The notes: generated by a model not told the origin, from the sequence alone. DNA of 64,000 bases from Candidatus Bathyarchaeia archaeon (GCA_049513715.1 JBEKVV010000001.1:672001-736000); one strand, 5' to 3'. Positions 8,383 through 18,958 are shown, counted from the stretch's first letter. Numbers and translations are program-made.

Positions 8383-10773
8383 CTACTTCTTGGTTGCGGC
8401 TTTCTTCCGGCTTCGCCAGACAACGACGCCGACTAGTGCGATGATGATGATTATCGGTACGGCTATCACCATTGCATCAGTTGACGCGGACGAAACCGAG
8501 ATTGGATCCGTTGTGGTCTGCGGGATTAGTACTCGGCCGTTCAGCCAGTCCGCTTTCGTTGCGCCGATTTGCTGTGCTGTCGGTACGTCGAGCTTCATTG
8601 TTCCATTCATTAATTGCGCAAGCACGTCTGGGTTAGGTACGATGCCTGTGAAGTTGGCTCTGTACCAGACGGTGCCGAAGGCTGGTGGTGCGACGGCTGA
8701 GACTTGGTAGTTGCTGGAGTTGTCGCTGAGTGCTGGAGCGTAATCGGCCCATGTGTTGCCGCCATCGGTGCTATGTTGGACCATAACCAACATTTGTGCA
8801 ACCGGAGCCCTTCCAGTAATGGTGACTGAACCACTACCAAGCATTGGGCTTCCACTGAAGGCGATCTGTGCTGGGGGTGGTCCTACGTTGACCGTGTAGC
8901 CTGCTTGTTGCAGTAGAGATGCAGCAGCCTGTACATCGTAGCTGTCCGGTGTAAGGGTCGAGTCGTACCAGACGCCCCATCCTGGACCTAGAAAGGTAGC
9001 TAGTGGATACGCAGATCCAGCTAGAAGTTGGCTTACAATTAGGTCCCTTGGTATGAGGTGACTGATTGCTTTGCGGATGAGTCGAGCTCCTTCAGCTGCT
9101 TGCGATGGATTGCTCTTGCCGAGTGGGGTATCAACACCTGTTCCGAATACTGGGTTGTTCATGTTGAATCCCATCTCCTGCCAACCCAACTCTGTTGCGG
9201 TGATTATGTTGACGTTGGGGATTTGTTGGAGGGTTGGTTTGTCTTTGGCTAGGGCGAAGTTGTAGTCTAACAGGTCTACTTGGCCGTTTTTCAGCGCGGC
9301 GATTGCGGAGTCCTTACTGCCGATCCATTGGACTTTGTAGGTGTTAATTGAGAACTGTCCAAGGGCTTCTAGGCCCGTGGCGTTCCAGTAGCCCGGATAC
9401 TTCGCCAAGGTCGCAATGTTGTTGGTAAAGTCGTAGTTCTGGAGGTAGTATGCTCCAGCTCCTACTGGACCAACAGCAGTGTAGCTACCTGAACCACCGT
9501 ATACCGTGGGGTCCCACTTGTAGGTGTAAGGCCCTGTTGCAGTGCTGAATGGTGCACTATCCCATGAAGCGAACGGGAAGTTTTCCATTATGTGCTTGGG
9601 GAGTGGCGAAAAAGCGGCGTAGACAGTGCTTGTAAACGCGTAGACTGAGGGTAATTTGAACTGGAATTGGTACTTGCTCGTAGCCGTCCACGATCCATCA
9701 GTCTCAGGAACTCCGGGGCCGGTGTTGTCATCGACCAACGACTTTCCATTGAGGAACGTGAAGGTTATTTTGCTACCAAGATATTGCACGTTGCTTCCCA
9801 GGCCGACTGATGCTGTCTCGGGGTTTGTCACGGCGTACATTGTCCAAACGAAGTCGTCTGCCGTGGCTTCCACTCCGTCTTGGAACGTTACGCCGGGTCT
9901 TATGTTCACTGTCCATGTCAGACCATCAGGACTTGATGTGATGTTCGCAGCGGTACCTGGTATGTAGCTGGATATCCGCGGGTCAGCTTCCTGTAGCGAA
10001 CCGCCCATTATCTGGAACCATATGTAAGCCGCGTAGAAGCTGTTCGCGGAGGCTGTGTTAGCAGGGTTCAATGTGTTTCCAGGGAAGACGTTGCCTGCTT
10101 CAGCCATGGTGAGACTGTCCGAGCCTCCCCAATGCTGAACGTCAGGGAAAGTGACTTCACTGTAAACGTTGGGGCTGCCCCACGCCGAGAATTTCGAGGA
10201 CCTTGGAACTGGGTCGATGGTTTCGTAAATGTAGTTGTAGGGTGCGTCGTTAAATATCATTTTTTGGAATTGGTGGGTCAGGTCGACTTGGGTCGCCGTG
10301 TCCGTGGAAGTGTAAAGCTTGTCAAAGATGGCGTTCACTTGAGGGTTGTTATAATACGCGTAATTGCTTCCTGTCGGTGGAAGGTACGCTGGCCTTCCGT
10401 CAAAGTTGCCTCTGAAATCGGGCACGAATGCGGTAAAGCCCCATCCGATGAACCCAATATCATAACCCCCTTGACTGAAGGATGATCCTGCTGGAGCTGT
10501 TGCAGCAAACAACCTGTTCGAAAGCTGGTCAAAGTTCACGTAGAACAGCTTGGCATCGATGCCTAACGAAATCAAGTTGCTGGTGATGATGCTTGCGTAC
10601 TGTCGCCTAACGGTGTTGCCACCGGTGGGGGCTATCAGAGTTACCTGAAACAGCCCTGTTCCTTGAGCATAAGTGTTGGTGAACAGCATTGGTACGGCAC
10701 TTGAAGCAGTAACATATATCAGAAGTGCTAAGGCTATGCCTTGAACGACATATTTTAGAGATTTATTCGACAT
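8383..10773 (-). CDS. oppA: Peptide ABC substrate-binding protein (family 5), circularly permuted, with C-terminal membrane anchor
   Basis: SPDGLTWTVNIRPGVTFQDG..TADD, AIAALKNGQVD, RKAISHLIPR; start MSNKSLK at 10773 gives a signal peptide; C-terminal TM followed by RSRKK. Confidence 0.88.
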   Translation of the reverse strand: MSNKSLKYVVQGIALALLIYVTASSAVPMLFTNTYAQGTGLFQVTLIAPTGGNTVRRQYASIITSNLISLGIDAKLFYVNFDQLSNRLFAATAPAGSSFSQGGYDIGFIGWGFTAFVPDFRGNFDGRPAYLPPTGSNYAYYNNPQVNAIFDKLYTSTDTATQVDLTHQFQKMIFNDAPYNYIYETIDPVPRSSKFSAWGSPNVYSEVTFPDVQHWGGSDSLTMAEAGNVFPGNTLNPANTASANSFYAAYIWFQIMGGSLQEADPRISSYIPGTAANITSSPDGLTWTVNIRPGVTFQDGVEATADDFVWTMYAVTNPETASVGLGSNVQYLGSKITFTFLNGKSLVDDNTGPGVPETDGSWTATSKYQFQFKLPSVYAFTSTVYAAFSPLPKHIMENFPFASWDSAPFSTATGPYTYKWDPTVYGGSGSYTAVGPVGAGAYYLQNYDFTNNIATLAKYPGYWNATGLEALGQFSINTYKVQWIGSKDSAIAALKNGQVDLLDYNFALAKDKPTLQQIPNVNIITATELGWQEMGFNMNNPVFGTGVDTPLGKSNPSQAAEGARLIRKAISHLIPRDLIVSQLLAGSAYPLATFLGPGWGVWYDSTLTPDSYDVQAAASLLQQAGYTVNVGPPPAQIAFSGSPMLGSGSVTITGRAPVAQMLVMVQHSTDGGNTWADYAPALSDNSSNYQVSAVAPPAFGTVWYRANFTGIVPNPDVLAQLMNGTMKLDVPTAQQIGATKADWLNGRVLIPQTTTDPISVSSASTDAMVIAVPIIIIIALVGVVVWRSRKKAATKK

Positions 10774-10987
10774 TTTCAATTCACGTAAATTGAAGGTTTG
10801 CCTTTGAACTCTATTTATGCCTTCCCACAAAACCCCCGAACGAGCCCAGCGTTGGTTCAGGACTGGTTTTTCCGGACACCGAAGCTCTTTTTGTGGGTCG
10901 GCGAAGGGAAGAGTGTAGAGCAAAAGCGAATCGAACGCAAACATTAATTGCGTAGTGGCTCGACAGTTTCGCGGATAAGGGTAGCCT

Positions 10988-11956
10988 TTGGTAAGCCTCG
11001 TCCGCTACATAATTCGACGATTGCTTTTCATGATCCCTGTGTTCTTGGGTGTTGCAATTCTGACCTTCGCAGTAGGTAATGCTGCGGGGAATCCGTTGGA
11101 TCTTATCCGAGCTGGGCTCAGGAACCCGAGCCCCGCGGTGTTGGATGCACTTAGGCATTACTACCACCTCGACCAACCAGTCTGGGAACGCTTCCTCTAC
11201 TGGCTCTGGGATCTCTTGCACGGGAATCTTGGTGTCTCGATTTCCGGCAGGCCGGTTGCATCTTCTATTGGTGCCTGGACTCTCACCACGATGGAGCTAC
11301 AGATCCTCTCTTTGATCTTTTCGATCGTGATCGGGATACCTGTCGGTGTTTATTCTGCGAAACATCAGTACTCGAAAATGGATTATGCGATTACTTCAAC
11401 TGCGATTTTCGGGTACTCGATGCCAACTTTCTGGCTCGGAATCATGCTGATCATAATCTTCTCATTTAACCTTGGGTGGCTGCCTAGCAGTGGAGCAATT
11501 AGTGTAAGCTACGCCTGGTGGGGGAACCCCGTTCTTGATCAGATTGCTCACTTGATTCTGCCTACCCTCGTGCTTACGTACGTTAGTTTGGCTACTATTG
11601 TTCGCCTCGTTCGAGCAAATATGCTGGAGGTAATGCGACAGGATTACATATTGGCGGCTCGCGCAAGCGGGCTAAGTGAACGAACAGTAACGTACCGATA
11701 TGCGCTTAGAAATGCCATCAGTCCCGTTGTAACGATCATTGGGCTCGGATTTGGTGCCGCGCTCGGTGGTGCACCTGCCCTTGAAACGACTTTCTCCTGG
11801 CCGGGGCTTGGTTACGCATTTACTCAGGCCGCGCTCACTCTCGATATCCCTCTCGTTCAAGGAATAACTATTGTCATCACGGCGATGGTCCTCGTCGCCA
11901 ACTTGATCACGGACCTCACGTACGCCTTGCTTGATCCGCGGGTCACAATAGACTGA
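10988..11956 (+). CDS. oppB: Peptide ABC permease
   Basis: YIIRRLL, GNLGVS, SMPTFWLG, EAA-like DYILAARASGL, LDPRV. Confidence 0.95.
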   Translation: MVSLVRYIIRRLLFMIPVFLGVAILTFAVGNAAGNPLDLIRAGLRNPSPAVLDALRHYYHLDQPVWERFLYWLWDLLHGNLGVSISGRPVASSIGAWTLTTMELQILSLIFSIVIGIPVGVYSAKHQYSKMDYAITSTAIFGYSMPTFWLGIMLIIIFSFNLGWLPSSGAISVSYAWWGNPVLDQIAHLILPTLVLTYVSLATIVRLVRANMLEVMRQDYILAARASGLSERTVTYRYALRNAISPVVTIIGLGFGAALGGAPALETTFSWPGLGYAFTQAALTLDIPLVQGITIVITAMVLVANLITDLTYALLDPRVTID

Positions 11957-11968
11957 GGGACAAATAGG

Positions 11969-12859
11969 TTGTCTGAGGAACGTCAGAAGCGAGGAGCAAG
12001 TCAGTGGTCTGTTGCATGGCGCAGGTTTAGAAGAAATAAATCAGCCCTTATAGGCAGTTCAATTGTTGTCTTCTTCTTTGCAGTCGCCCTGCTAGCACCC
12101 TACATTGCCCCATATCGGGCGCGAAGCTATCTTTCCTTGTATGAGGGAGATGCTGGTACTCCTCCCTCTTTCAAGCATCCTTTTGGAGTTGAGGACTCAG
12201 GCATCGATGTTTTCAGCGAAACAATTCATGGTACTCGGAACGATATGTACGTAGGACTTGCGGCCACCCTGATTACAATGCTAATTGGCATTGCTATCGG
12301 CGCGGTAGCTGGGTACGTCAAAGGCGCAGTCTCGGACATATTGCTTGGAGTGACGCAGGTCTTCTTCGTTATTCCCGTTTTGCTGCTCATTCTTCTTTTC
12401 GCAAGAGTGTTCTCCGTCCTAGTTTTCAAGGGACTGGGGCTAACGCTGATTGTTCTCATCCTCTCGTTTTTCGGATGGTCCGGAATTGCTTTCATCGTAA
12501 GAGGAGAAACCCTGAGGATAAAGGAGATGGAGTTCATTCAAGCGGCCCGCTCCCTAGGGGCCAGCTCGTTTAGACTTCTCTTTCGACACATTGTGCCAAA
12601 TATCCTATCGCCAGTCATCGTGATTGGCACGCTAGATATAGCGGGCTTCATCTTGACTGAGGTGGTTGTAAGTTTCTTGGGTTTCGGTGACGCCAATACT
12701 TCAACTTGGGGCCTTCTTTTGAACGAAGGTTTTTCATTTGTTAGGACTGACTGGTGGGTCTCACTATTCCCTGGTCTGGCGGTCGTGTTATGCGTTCTTG
12801 GATTCAATTTGATGGGCGATGGACTGTCAGACGCTCTGAACCCCAGGCTGCGAGAATGA
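11969..12859 (+). CDS. oppC: Peptide ABC permease
   Basis: WRRFRRNK, HPFG, EFIQAARSLGAS, GDGLSDALNPR. Confidence 0.95.
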   Translation: MSEERQKRGASQWSVAWRRFRRNKSALIGSSIVVFFFAVALLAPYIAPYRARSYLSLYEGDAGTPPSFKHPFGVEDSGIDVFSETIHGTRNDMYVGLAATLITMLIGIAIGAVAGYVKGAVSDILLGVTQVFFVIPVLLLILLFARVFSVLVFKGLGLTLIVLILSFFGWSGIAFIVRGETLRIKEMEFIQAARSLGASSFRLLFRHIVPNILSPVIVIGTLDIAGFILTEVVVSFLGFGDANTSTWGLLLNEGFSFVRTDWWVSLFPGLAVVLCVLGFNLMGDGLSDALNPRLRE

Positions 12860-12874
12860 GCGAGGGATAAATCG

Positions 12875-13864
12875 ATGACGGAGAAACTACTTGAGCTCTC
12901 CAGCCTGCGAACATACTTCTTCACCGAAGCAGGAGTAGTTAAGGCGCTGGACGGAATATCCCTTGAGGTTAATAGGGGACAGACAATTGGCCTGGTAGGG
13001 GAATCAGGATCAGGAAAGTCCGTAACCGCGCAGTCAGTACTCCGCATAGTCCCGAGGCCAGGACGGATAGTTGATGGATCTATCAGGTTCGAAGGCGAAG
13101 ACTTGCTTTCGAAGTCGGAGAGCGACATGCGCAAGTTGCGTGGTCGCAAGATGGCTATTGTATTTCAGGATCCAACCACTTCACTTAACCCCGTTTACAC
13201 TGTTGAGAAGCAGCTTACGGACATTTTGCGACTCCACAAGGAAATATCTAAGGAAAGCGCATCGAAAACAGCATTATCTCTTCTCGAACGCGTGGGGATT
13301 CAAGAACCTGAGAAGAGGCTCAAAGCCTATCCGCACGAACTCAGCGGTGGCATGAAGCAACGCATTGCAATAGCTAGAGCTCTGTCATGTGAACCGACGC
13401 TGCTCTTCGCTGATGAGCCGACTACAAACTTGGATGTCACCATTCAGGCCCAAGTCCTCGAATTGCTGAAGCAGCTACAGAAAGAGTTGGGAATGACGAT
13501 GGTCATGATCACTCATGATATGGGAATAGTAGCTGACATGACGGAACGGGTCACCGTTCTGTACGCGGGCAAAGTGATGGAAGTCGCCGACACAACCACC
13601 TTGTTCAGGTCACCGAAACATCCGTACACGGAGGCACTTCTAAAAGCAGTGCCTAGCGTGAAACAGACGCGTGTGCTTGAAGTAATCCCCGGTAACATCC
13701 CCAACTTGATAGAGCCACCTATTGGTTGCGTATTCCACCCTCGATGCAAATACGTGAAGGACATTTGCACGAGAGAGGAACCTTTGTTGGAGGAAGTTGG
13801 AGCCGGTCATTATGTGGCATGTCACAGGTGGCGGGAATTGGAGCTTGAAGGCAAAACGAGCTGA
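12875..13864 (+). CDS. oppD: Peptide ABC ATP-binding subunit
   Basis: GESGSGKS, LSGGMKQR, DEPT, GCVFHPRC. Confidence 0.95.
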   Translation: MTEKLLELSSLRTYFFTEAGVVKALDGISLEVNRGQTIGLVGESGSGKSVTAQSVLRIVPRPGRIVDGSIRFEGEDLLSKSESDMRKLRGRKMAIVFQDPTTSLNPVYTVEKQLTDILRLHKEISKESASKTALSLLERVGIQEPEKRLKAYPHELSGGMKQRIAIARALSCEPTLLFADEPTTNLDVTIQAQVLELLKQLQKELGMTMVMITHDMGIVADMTERVTVLYAGKVMEVADTTTLFRSPKHPYTEALLKAVPSVKQTRVLEVIPGNIPNLIEPPIGCVFHPRCKYVKDICTREEPLLEEVGAGHYVACHRWRELELEGKTS

Positions 13865-13870
13865 GGCATA

Positions 13871-14878
13871 ATGGCAACAAATTCAAACGCGCGCCTACTC
13901 GAGGTCAAATCTCTCATTAAGCATTTCGACGTCTTGGAGCGCGGAATCCTCCGAAAGAAAAAAGCGGGCGAAGTACACGCTGTTGACAATGTCTCCTTCT
14001 ACATCAACAAGGGCGAGACTCTCGGACTTGTGGGAGAGAGCGGCTGTGGAAAAACAACTGCAGGCAAGGTAATCCTCTACTTGGAGAAACCGAGTTCAGG
14101 CTCAGCACTATTTGAAGGCGAAGATGTTTTCGAGGCCTTCGCGAGCAGGCAGAATGTTTCAAGAGAGCTGCGACGAAAAATGCAGATGGTGTTCCAGAAC
14201 CCTTACAACTCGCTTGACCCACGGATGACAGTTTACGATATAATAAGCGAAGCGTTCACGATTCACAGAAACATCCCGAAGAATGAATGGAAAAACCGCG
14301 TTTACGAGCTCTTGAGAATGGTGAACCTAGAAGAGTACCACGCGGAGCGGTACCCACATGAGTTTAGTGGAGGTCAGAGGCAAAGGATTGCAATCGCCCG
14401 CGCCCTTGCAGTTGACCCGAAATTTGTCATCCTTGATGAGCCAGTATCGTCGCTGGATGTGTCGATCCGGGCGCAGGTCCTGAATTTGCTTGTCGACCTT
14501 CAGACGAAGAAGGATTTGTCCTATCTCTACATATCGCACGACCTGAGTTCAGTGCGTCAGATCAGTCAACGAGTAGCGGTAATGTATCTTGGAGAAATCG
14601 TTGAGTCGGCGACATCGGAGCAGCTGTTCGATAAACCTTTACATCCCTATACTCAGGCGCTCATTTCCGCCGTTCCAGTCCCGGACGTTGACCATAAGAC
14701 AACTCGGATACTCCTTCCCGGTGAGGTGCCCAGCCCGATTAACCCCCCGACAGCATGCAGGTTCCATCCCCGTTGCCCGTATGCGACAGACATATGCAAG
14801 CAAGTTGCTCCAAAGCTTGAGGACGCGCTGGTGCCAGGGCATCTCGTAGCTTGTCATCATGCGGATCAGTTCGTATAG
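13871..14878 (+). CDS. oppF: Peptide ABC ATP-binding subunit
   Basis: GESGCGKT, FSGGQRQR, DEPVS, CRFHPRC. Confidence 0.95.
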   Translation: MATNSNARLLEVKSLIKHFDVLERGILRKKKAGEVHAVDNVSFYINKGETLGLVGESGCGKTTAGKVILYLEKPSSGSALFEGEDVFEAFASRQNVSRELRRKMQMVFQNPYNSLDPRMTVYDIISEAFTIHRNIPKNEWKNRVYELLRMVNLEEYHAERYPHEFSGGQRQRIAIARALAVDPKFVILDEPVSSLDVSIRAQVLNLLVDLQTKKDLSYLYISHDLSSVRQISQRVAVMYLGEIVESATSEQLFDKPLHPYTQALISAVPVPDVDHKTTRILLPGEVPSPINPPTACRFHPRCPYATDICKQVAPKLEDALVPGHLVACHHADQFV

Positions 14879-14884
14879 GCTACC

Positions 14885-15457
14885 GTGTTGAGGATTAGGA
14901 AGGGCAAAGTCGCTGGCATCGTGCTTTTCACTACGGCACTGATTTTCCTGTTTGTTGGAGCCGTGATGCCTTACTACAGGTCCCCTCAGCGAATTGAGGG
15001 AGACGGGCCTGGCGTAACTTTCACGTCTTCACAGCCTTACTGGATTCGGTCATATTTGATACCTCCAATTGACGCTGGTGCATCGATTAGTTTGAGTGTG
15101 CTAAGCGATCGTACAGCATCAACGGTCGTTCTCTTAGCGCCGTATGATCAGGATGCCCAATCGATAGTAAACCCACCGGTAGTAAATGTCGTGTTTGGTT
15201 CGTCCCAAAAGGGCCTCGTTGTCTTCGCGGATGCGAGTAGAACGGGGCCCTATCTGCTGATGATTACGAGCTACAATAGCACATACACATTCTACATAAG
15301 TTCCGTTTGGTCTCCTTTCTATCAACTTAGATTACTTATCTTCTACGGCCTTGGGCTTCTCCCCTTTGGCGCTGTCATCATCTACTATGATGGCATAGTT
15401 GAGGGGCGCGAGCAAATGGCTGAAGAGGCGCTTAAGGGCATTAGGCGGCCTCGCTAG
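14885..15457 (+). CDS. Hypothetical membrane protein, last gene of the opp run
   Basis: N- and C-terminal TM helices around a beta-rich domain; starts 6 nt after the oppF stop. Confidence 0.7.
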   Translation: MLRIRKGKVAGIVLFTTALIFLFVGAVMPYYRSPQRIEGDGPGVTFTSSQPYWIRSYLIPPIDAGASISLSVLSDRTASTVVLLAPYDQDAQSIVNPPVVNVVFGSSQKGLVVFADASRTGPYLLMITSYNSTYTFYISSVWSPFYQLRLLIFYGLGLLPFGAVIIYYDGIVEGREQMAEEALKGIRRPR

Positions 15458-15573
15458 CGGGCCTCTTCCAGATCGCTTTCAATCAGGACGCTGCACTGAG
15501 CCAACATAGAGCATGCATGAGCCCAAAACATCCCATATGGGCCATCGTTGCTTCTTGAAGGGCGGATTCTTAC

Positions 15574-16743
15574 TCAGACTTGCAAGAACCTAGTAGGGTA
15601 TGAAGGAGCCTGTTTCTTGAGAAGGACGATTATCGCTATGATGGCAACAGTCACGAGAACGGCCCCAAATATCCCCGGAACTAAGTAGTTGGTTTCCCAG
15701 TTTGCTTGAACAGATTTGTCTTCATTCATCAGCAGTCGAACCGAAAAATTCTGAGACACTGCATCTCCACTCCATTGCTTGAAATGGTCGACAGCGCCGA
15801 ATAAGCCGGGGACTCCGTCAGCCGTTGTGCTCGAATCTAGGAGCGACACGAAAGCGAACATGTTGATAGGCAGTTTCAATGTCGCATTGCCGTTAAGCAA
15901 TTGTACACCGTATGTTGATGTTACGTAAAATGGAGTCTTTGAGTGGACTTGAATGTTCAATGTGACGTACCCACTTGTCCAGAGGAGGTCGCCGTCTTTG
16001 TGCTTCTCGGTCCGCGAGCCGGCTATTATGTCATTTGCCGACGCCAATGTCACGCCGAGATTTGGAACAGCATCACAAGCGGGAGGACTATTGCAGCGGT
16101 TTAGCGCGACCATTGACTCAACCTTGTGCCACTCCGTTCCCGTCAAATAGGACAGGTTTCGAAATTCGACTGGCCCTAGGTCCCCGAGAAATCCTTCTGC
16201 AGTAGTTTTCTCTGCAGCGGTCATTGCACGATCGTTCGTGACTGACGGCGGGACGCTGACATTTCCAGCCGTCTTATCATCAAGCAAGAAGCTCCATTCG
16301 TTCTTCACATTCGGCCTTATCGAATATTGATGCCAAGTCCCGTTTTCACCAGCGGAACCCGCTGGACCAATCTCGAAATAGGAATCAGCTCCCAAAATGC
16401 TAGGCCAATACTGCCACTGCCAGCGTGCGTCTGAATCCAGGATCAGTTCTGAGGGTCCGCTGCAGGTAAATTGACCTAAGACTGTCAAGCCTTTGAGGCA
16501 GTGTACCCCCGGCTCCAGACCATATCCGAATTGAATGAAGCCTCCATCGTCAAGATTGGCTCCTACCCAAAAATAATCGAAGACAGTTGCATACGAGTCG
16601 TATGCGTGTGTTCGAATTTCAGCCCTGACCCCAAGGCTTCCTATTGATGCATCATCTCCCCAAGCTCCGATCTGAATTGAGGCTTGGTGCTGAACTGGTA
16701 CGTTTGAGGAGCTTGTCGCAAGAAGAGCCGCAATCAGGACCAA
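15574..16743 (-). CDS. Secreted, C-terminally anchored protein; possible G1 glutamic-peptidase-like domain plus InlB-B-like repeat
   Basis: FWVG...FIQFG and AAEK...LGPVEFRN; FKQWSGD...LMNEDKSVQANW; C-terminal TM. Confidence 0.6.
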   Translation of the reverse strand: MVLIAALLATSSSNVPVQHQASIQIGAWGDDASIGSLGVRAEIRTHAYDSYATVFDYFWVGANLDDGGFIQFGYGLEPGVHCLKGLTVLGQFTCSGPSELILDSDARWQWQYWPSILGADSYFEIGPAGSAGENGTWHQYSIRPNVKNEWSFLLDDKTAGNVSVPPSVTNDRAMTAAEKTTAEGFLGDLGPVEFRNLSYLTGTEWHKVESMVALNRCNSPPACDAVPNLGVTLASANDIIAGSRTEKHKDGDLLWTSGYVTLNIQVHSKTPFYVTSTYGVQLLNGNATLKLPINMFAFVSLLDSSTTADGVPGLFGAVDHFKQWSGDAVSQNFSVRLLMNEDKSVQANWETNYLVPGIFGAVLVTVAIIAIIVLLKKQAPSYPTRFLQV

Positions 16744-16801
16744 AACTGCTGGTCTTAGAATCCAGTCCGAGCGACACCCTCCAGCGTTGACTTAACCTAT
16801 G

Positions 16802-18796
16802 CTACTCGTAGCGTTGGCACTTGTAGCAGTACCACCTCTGGTACTGCTCAATCCATGTCAGGTCACTTTTGCAAATTGAACATTTGTGGGTGACCACTTG
16901 TGCCGTTGCAAGAGGTCCACCCCGCGTTTTTCTCCGCACCACAAGGTGGGATACTGCAAAACCCACAACAAAAGCGAGAACCGCCACTCCCAATACCGAT
17001 GCTTGTCCTGAAATCGTTCCGCCTCCGCTGAGGAAGCTGGCGCGTGAAGCACTTTGGTAGGCTTGGAATGAGTCTTCAGCAGCTTGCGTGTAGTTCATGG
17101 CGCTGTAGGCACTTTCCGATGCGGCTAGCATTGATTGTGCTGAGTTCATGTCAGGCATGTTGAGAAAGTCGAATTGTGATGATTTGAGTGCCGCCGTTGC
17201 TTCGCGAATGAATTGATCGGCATAACCGCGCTGCACCAGGTCCTTATCGAATTGGCTGTAAATGTCTTCGTATGGATAATAGGCCATAACGGAGGAAACG
17301 AAGTTTTCTGTGGGGTCATACCCAAACGGATGCACGAGTCCGAGCATGTGTCCTGTCTCGTGTATGATGGTGTTTGTGAAGCCAAATCCTAGATTCGGCT
17401 GCGCGGGCGTAGAGAGGGCCCCTCTCTGGAAGTCGTCTGCGGAGTGGCTGATGAGCACTAAATCGTACAATGATACCCCCCATATTGTTCGGTCAAAATC
17501 AACGTCTTTCGCTATTGATTCCTTATACGTGAACCCGAAGTTGTAGTCGCGTTGGAATGCGAAAATGAATTCCGGAATGTCGTACGTGTTTGAATCGCGG
17601 GTTACTTGTGTGAATTTTCCAATGTTGCCAATGCCACTCTCGCTCAGCCAATTGTAGATAGGTTTCGCGTCAACGATGGGCGTGAGTCCAGCTAGGCTGG
17701 GGGAGACCGCTGATCCGACCAATCTGAAGAGTTCGGGATAATCTGACAACCTGAAGAAGCTGGTCTGGACCTCGACGTTAGCAAAGGGCACAAGTGTGCT
17801 CAGTTGTTCCTTCACTTCGTTAGCGTCAACGGTGGATTGAATGGGTGGGGATGGGTTTGTGCGGTTATCGAAAACAAATAGTTTCAGCCGGTAGGTTTGC
17901 GCGTAGTTGATTGGGTATATGAAATCTGGGAAGAAGAGGTTGTACACAGGGCCCGTCATGTAGTCGCTGAGGTATTGTGTCAGCCACGTTGGCCAGTATG
18001 GGTTGTCCGTGGTGAGGTTGTTGACTGAGGCTGCCAGTTGGATTGGAAGCTGCTCAGCTGCAGACCCTGGGCCAGCCGAGATGTCGATGAAGTAAAATCG
18101 ATTGTGTCCACCCCAGGATGTCATGTACCGTCGGTTCAATTGTATGCCAAGATCATGGTCAGCGTACGTTTTGTTATAAAAGTGCGGAGTAAGCGTAAGT
18201 TGATGCTTGGTACCGATCGAACTGAACTGCGCCGCTGAGGCTGAGGGGACCTCGTTTGAGAGGTCAGCGATCATTAGGGTGTAGCCGTCCTGTTGAAGGT
18301 CTCCGAAATCCTGCGCGTGATTGAGAAGCCAAGACTCAACTTTGTCTGCGGGATAATACGTGTTAGTTGCATTGATAGGATAGTGCGTGTAGTTTAGGAA
18401 ATAGGCGCTTTGGATTTTGAAGTAACTCTGATTCCAGAGCACGTTTACCCGCCGCTCTTGCTTTGCTACGTAACTAAGGTATGATGTGAATTCACTGCTA
18501 AAGCCAGTTGATGCGAAGGAAATGGAGTAATGGATGGAGTAGGTTGTGCCCGTGCTGATTCCTGGTATCTCGGTGAGGGGGTAGCGTTGCTGCGGTGTGT
18601 TCCATCTCAGATATTCTTGGTCAATCAGATTTGAGTCTATTCCAACAAAAACGATTTTCACTGGAATCGTGACGTCACGGTTTACTGCGACTTCAGCGTT
18701 GTTTCTCTGTTGCGCGCTCAGTGGTGAGGCCAGAAACGTAAGCATCAAAAAGATGATGAGCAAAGAGGAGATCGCTTTTACTCTGACTAATCGCAT
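16802..18796 (-). CDS. Membrane-anchored zinc metalloprotease (metzincin) with cytoplasmic zinc ribbon
   Basis: HETGHMLGLVH, Met-turn SVMAY, signal peptide, TM, CSIC..WYCYKC. Confidence 0.8.
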   Translation of the reverse strand: MRLVRVKAISSLLIIFLMLTFLASPLSAQQRNNAEVAVNRDVTIPVKIVFVGIDSNLIDQEYLRWNTPQQRYPLTEIPGISTGTTYSIHYSISFASTGFSSEFTSYLSYVAKQERRVNVLWNQSYFKIQSAYFLNYTHYPINATNTYYPADKVESWLLNHAQDFGDLQQDGYTLMIADLSNEVPSASAAQFSSIGTKHQLTLTPHFYNKTYADHDLGIQLNRRYMTSWGGHNRFYFIDISAGPGSAAEQLPIQLAASVNNLTTDNPYWPTWLTQYLSDYMTGPVYNLFFPDFIYPINYAQTYRLKLFVFDNRTNPSPPIQSTVDANEVKEQLSTLVPFANVEVQTSFFRLSDYPELFRLVGSAVSPSLAGLTPIVDAKPIYNWLSESGIGNIGKFTQVTRDSNTYDIPEFIFAFQRDYNFGFTYKESIAKDVDFDRTIWGVSLYDLVLISHSADDFQRGALSTPAQPNLGFGFTNTIIHETGHMLGLVHPFGYDPTENFVSSVMAYYPYEDIYSQFDKDLVQRGYADQFIREATAALKSSQFDFLNMPDMNSAQSMLAASESAYSAMNYTQAAEDSFQAYQSASRASFLSGGGTISGQASVLGVAVLAFVVGFAVSHLVVRRKTRGGPLATAQVVTHKCSICKSDLTWIEQYQRWYCYKCQRYE

Positions 18797-18958
18797 AAGG
18801 CCACAGCATTATCGCCCCTAAATTAGTGATTTGGTCTAAAACGTTGGATTGCACCTGGACCGGGAAGATTGGCCCTATCAGTCAAGTCGCACCTATCCGA
18901 CAGGATAAGAAGGAATTAAAACTAGTTCGCGGACTTCGTTGCTTACGGGTGCTATTCT

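Noticed and set aside
10774..10944. Long N-terminal extension of the substrate-binding protein in the ORF track
   Set aside because: The signal peptide begins at ATG 10773; the extension spans the divergent promoter region
12538..13149. 203-aa minus-strand ORF
   Set aside because: Antisense shadow of oppC/oppD
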